Assembly: GCA_963662335.2 (NCBI GenBank)
Contig: CAXXVD010000005.1
Location: forward strand, 544,001 to 608,000
Origin: Chloroflexota bacterium
GTDB taxonomy: Bacteria > Chloroflexota > UBA11872 > VXOZ01
Length of the DNA: 64,000 bases
Reading direction: 5' to 3'
Shown piece by piece: positions 60,292 through 64,000 of this stretch. The translations under genes and the position numbers were made by a program. The notes beneath the pieces are model-generated. The model worked only from the letters and a program-made list of their open reading frames with translations. It was not told where the DNA came from and did not search any database. Each line of letters starts with the position of its first letter. Position 1 is the stretch's first letter.

Positions 60292-61269
60292 ATGTCTGAC
60301 ATGATGTGGCGAGTCGCCAAACATGAAGGTCTGGGCAATATCGTGATGGAGCAGGTGCCCATACCGGATCTCGGCCCTAATGAGGTGCTCGTGCGCGTCC
60401 GTGCGAGCCTCATCAGCCGCGGCTCGGAACTCTGGAAGCGCTACGTCAGCCCCGAGCCGATCGATCCCGGCAGGATGGGGTATTCAACCGCGGGCGTCAT
60501 AGAGAAAGTGGGCAGCGAAGTCACCTGGTTTGCGCCCGGCGATCGCGTCTCCTGCGCCGCACCCCACGCCGAATATGCTGTTGAGGAGGCTAGGGTTGCC
60601 ATCAGCAGGCGCTTGACGCGGTTGCCGGATGACGTGCCTTTTGTCGACGGCGCCTTTCAGGTTCTCGCCACGAGTTCCCTTGGCTGGACTGCCGCCGCCG
60701 GCATTCAGCCTCAGCACACGGTGGTGATTCTGGGTCTTGGCTTGGTCGGCAACCTTGTCATGCAGGCCGCGGCCCGCTTCATGCCCGCGCAACTGTGCGG
60801 CGTAGACATGCTGCCCATTCGCCGCAGGCTAATGGAACAGTTCAATGTAGGCGAGGTGATTGACGGCGCCGCGCGCGATCCGGTGGAGTCAATCATGGAA
60901 CGCACGGATGGGATGGGCGCTGACATCGTCATCGACTGCGTGGGCGGACGCGCCGGCGTCAAGTCGTTTGCGCAAGCCCAGGATATGCTCGTTGCCGGCG
61001 GCTTATTGCAGATTATCGGCCTCTACCACGACGGCCCGTTGCCGCTGGACGCCTCCAAAATACAGGGCAGGCGCCTGCTTGGCGGCCATTTGCCGGACAC
61101 CGACGTGGACGCCGTGGCCCGTGCCACAATGGAGGCCCTTTCCAGCGGTCTAATTCGGGTCGCACCGCTTGTTACCCATCACTTCCCGGGTAGCCAGGCG
61201 AAAGAGGCGTTCGATCTGCTCTACGAACACCCAGAAGACGCTATGGGCGTGATTCTGGATTGGACGTAA
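60292..61269 (+). CDS. MDR oxidoreductase, tandem copy 2
   Basis: Same 325-aa length as copy 1 with extensive identity. Confidence 0.88.
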   Translation: MSDMMWRVAKHEGLGNIVMEQVPIPDLGPNEVLVRVRASLISRGSELWKRYVSPEPIDPGRMGYSTAGVIEKVGSEVTWFAPGDRVSCAAPHAEYAVEEARVAISRRLTRLPDDVPFVDGAFQVLATSSLGWTAAAGIQPQHTVVILGLGLVGNLVMQAAARFMPAQLCGVDMLPIRRRLMEQFNVGEVIDGAARDPVESIMERTDGMGADIVIDCVGGRAGVKSFAQAQDMLVAGGLLQIIGLYHDGPLPLDASKIQGRRLLGGHLPDTDVDAVARATMEALSSGLIRVAPLVTHHFPGSQAKEAFDLLYEHPEDAMGVILDWT

Positions 61270-61299
61270 GGGCAAGCGAGCCGACCTTGCCAAAACTCC

Positions 61300-61552
61300 G
61301 GTAGCGCAGGTTTGCAACCTGCGCCGGGAAGCAATGGCCCCGGTCGTTGAATTGCACCAAACTACGCGGAGACGCGACCCAGCCGGCCTGGCCGGATTTC
61401 CGGTAGCGCAGGACACAGGCTGCAAACCGCCGCTACCGGTGAGGCGCATGACTCAGGTTGCATACCTGCGCTACCGATGAAACGAAGGACGCAGGTTGCA
61501 AACCTGCGCTACCGGGGAGCAGAACCGACGCAGGTTGCAAACCTCCGCTACC
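61300..61552. repeat. Family B REP cluster (about 6 copies, both orientations)
   Basis: GGTAGCGCAGGTTTGCAACCTGCG at 61300; reverse copies ending near 61436, 61475, 61513, 61552. Confidence 0.85.
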
Positions 61553-61573
61553 AGAGAATAAAGGCCGCGCGGC

Positions 61574-62765
61574 CTAGCGTCCCGCCAGCGCCCGCGCGCC
61601 CGGCATTGCCGCCGCGATCCGCTCCGCCGCCGCCATCAGATTCTCCAGCGAATTGGCAAAGGAGAAGCGCACGTAGCCCTCGCCGCCCGCGCCAAAGCCC
61701 GTGCCGGCCAGCGACGCCACGCCCGCCTCCTCCAGCCAGTAGCGTTCCAGTTGCGCCGACCCGACGCCAAGTTCCTTGACGTTGCAGAAGGCGTAGAACG
61801 CGCCCTGGGGCACAAGGCAGGAGAGGCCATCGATTCTGTTGAGCGCGCCGATGAAGGCGTCCCGGCGGCGGCGAAACTCCGCCACCATCGCGTCCACCGA
61901 ATCCTGCGGGCCGGTGAGCGCCTCGATGCCGGCCATCTGCGTAAACGTAGCCGTGCACGACGTGGCGTTATTGAAGATCAGTCCGACCTTCTCCGCCAGC
62001 GGCGCCGGCATCACGCCGTAGCCCAACCGCCAGCCGGTCATGGCGTACGTCTTGGAGTGGCCGTCAAGCAGGATGGTCTGTTCCTGCATTCCCGGATGCT
62101 CCAGGATGGAAGCGTGGCCGCCCGCGTAGATGATGCGGTTGTAGATTTCGTCGCTCAGCACCCAGATCGGCTTGCCGCGCACCATGTCGGCAATCGCCCC
62201 CAACTCGTCCGCCGTAAAGACGCCGCCGGTGGGATTGTGCGGCGCGTTCAAGATGATGAGCCGGGTCTTATCGGTGATGCAGTCGCGCAATTCGTCCAGG
62301 TCCCAGCGGAACTGCCGCTCCTCATAGAGGGTGAGCGGCACCCGCTTGGCGCCGGCAAAGCGCAGCATCGAGTCGTACGTGGGAAAACCGGGGTCCGGGT
62401 AGATCGCCTCGTCGCCCGGGTTGACCGTGGCCAGGATGCCGGCGAAGATGATCGGCTTCGCCCCTGGCGTCACCACCACGTTCTCCGGCGTCGTCGCCAC
62501 GCCCCAGCCCTGCTGCACGTAGCGCGCGATGGCTTCGCGGCACGGCATCAGGCCGGGCGTGGGGCCGTAGCCCGTGTGGCCGTCCCGCAAGGCCCGCGCG
62601 CCGGCTTCCACGATGTTCTGTGGCGTGGGAAAGTCCGGGCTCGCCGATTTCCAGGTGGATGACGTCTTTGCCGGCCGCTTCCAGTTGGCGGGCGCGCGCC
62701 AGCACGGCAAAGGCCGACTCGCCTCTGAGCAATTCGGTACGCGCGGCAATGTTCGGCACGACCAT
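61574..62765 (-). pseudogene. Class I/II PLP aminotransferase (aspartate aminotransferase-like) with a 1-nt insertion; pseudogene or sequencing error
   Basis: GESAFAVLARA...HLEIGEP in one frame continues as DFPTP...NPTG...SDEIY...SKTYAMTGWRLG in another; GAGCCCGGACTTT at about 62630-62642 has one base too many. Confidence 0.85.
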
Positions 62766-62795
62766 CTATTCGCTCCTTCTTAGTCCTCTCTCCCC

Positions 62796-62886
62796 CAGTT
62801 GACAGGGGTATGTACATGTCATTCCGAGCGCAGCGAGGAATCTAAAGATGCTGAGTCGACGTTAGAATACATACCCCTGCCAGCCT
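62796..62886. mobile_element. Short inverted copy of the 38000-38166 MITE, inside a family F REP
   Basis: TGACAGGGGTATGTA / TACATACCCCTGCCA ends; reverse complement matches 38108-38166 and 38003-38035. Confidence 0.65.
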
Positions 62887-63017
62887 CTTCCCAGGAAGAG
62901 GGCTAGGGTGAGGGGAAGGACTCCTAGCCCAATTGTACTTATTCTCTCCCGCCGCGCCAACACTGTGCTAGACTCGCCCTGCGCGGCCTACGGCATTGCA
63001 ACGAAGAGGAAGAACAG

Positions 63018-63977
63018 ATGGCGATCACAACGTTGCCTCACGACCCCAGAATCTACCGCATTACGGCCATTTGGAACTGGGACAGCATCGTCGAACTCTA
63101 CTTCATCGACGCGCCCACCCGGGCGCTCATCGACACCGGCGCGTCCGACACGCCGCAGGCGTACGTCGCGCCCGCGCTGCGGTCGCTGGGCCTGCAACTC
63201 AGCGACATCGACGTCGTCTTGAATACCCACGGGCACCAGGACCACGCCGGCGGCAACCACGCGCTGCTTGCCCAAACAGACGCGCAGGTCTACATGCACC
63301 GCGAGGACGCCTTCATGGTCGAAAACCTGGACGCCCACGCGGCGTACATCTGGCACGCGGACGAGCATGAGCTTGGCCTTGACCTCACCGCGCGCCGCGC
63401 CCAATTCATGCGCACGTTCACCGGCCCCTCGGCGGTGAACCGCAAACTGGAAGACAACGAGGTCGTAGACCTCGGCGACGACGTGCAACTCCGCGTCGTG
63501 CACCTGCCCGGCCACTCGCCCGGCAGCGTCGCCTATCATTGGCAGGAGAAGGACATCGCGTTCGTTGGCGACGCCGTGCAGGGACTCGGCAGCAAGCCAG
63601 GCACGTTTCCCCTCTACTATTCCGCGCGCCGCTACGAACAGTCTATGCGGCGGTTAGCGTCACTGGGCATTGACACCCTGGCGCTGGCGCACCGCTATCT
63701 GTGGTCGCAGGAATCCCGCGACGCTCTGCGCGGCGGCGAGGCTGCGGAGCAAACAGTGCGAGACAGCCTCGACGTCGGTCAGATGATCGACCGCGCCGTC
63801 CAAGAGGCGCTCAAGGCGCACGGGGGCGCGGACTTCTGCACGATAGCGCAAGCGGCAACGCGGACGCTGGCAGCCGAGATGCCCTTCAGCGTCGAGCCCC
63901 GCACCGGCCTGCCCACCGGCCTGCCGGCTACGCTCTACGCCCACTACACGGAACACGCGGCAGACCCGGCGCGGTAG
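63018..63977 (+). CDS. MBL-fold metallo-hydrolase
   Basis: LIDTG, THGHQDHAGG, PGHSPG, VGDA. Confidence 0.9.
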   Translation: MAITTLPHDPRIYRITAIWNWDSIVELYFIDAPTRALIDTGASDTPQAYVAPALRSLGLQLSDIDVVLNTHGHQDHAGGNHALLAQTDAQVYMHREDAFMVENLDAHAAYIWHADEHELGLDLTARRAQFMRTFTGPSAVNRKLEDNEVVDLGDDVQLRVVHLPGHSPGSVAYHWQEKDIAFVGDAVQGLGSKPGTFPLYYSARRYEQSMRRLASLGIDTLALAHRYLWSQESRDALRGGEAAEQTVRDSLDVGQMIDRAVQEALKAHGGADFCTIAQAATRTLAAEMPFSVEPRTGLPTGLPATLYAHYTEHAADPAR

Positions 63978-64000
63978 CCGCGGCGCGGCCGGCGCTTGCC

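Overview
GC-rich bacterial DNA, probably from a Chloroflexota-like sponge or marine symbiont. That assignment is inference from a SupA-type PKS, Pro/Thr-rich lipoproteins and the expanded Gfo/Idh/MocA and PhyH content. The window has two halves divided by tRNA-Val(GAC) at 25447-25523 (minus strand). The left half (about 1.4-25.4 kb) is accessory and appears free of REP elements. It holds a PLD-nuclease/P-loop ATPase fusion, a type I R-M operon with an embedded Abi_C gene, PhyH, three toxin-antitoxin loci (one toxin broken by three in-frame TAG codons) and a solitary 10.4-kb SupA-like PKS. It also holds two decayed full-length copies of the tRNA-Val gene that keep their promoter and share a ~140-bp arm, dividing the region into integrase-less, TA-bearing cassettes. 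The right half is metabolic: CoA transferase/thiolase/reductase, solute-binding protein, split transketolase, aconitase, many oxidoreductase paralogues and a frameshifted aminotransferase. Its intergenic spaces are packed with at least six REP-like palindrome families and at least three REP-carrying, REP-targeting MITE families, nested three deep at 37.8-38.2 kb. No rRNA, CRISPR array, integrase or transposase was seen. All calls are by eye from motifs; no database searches were run.
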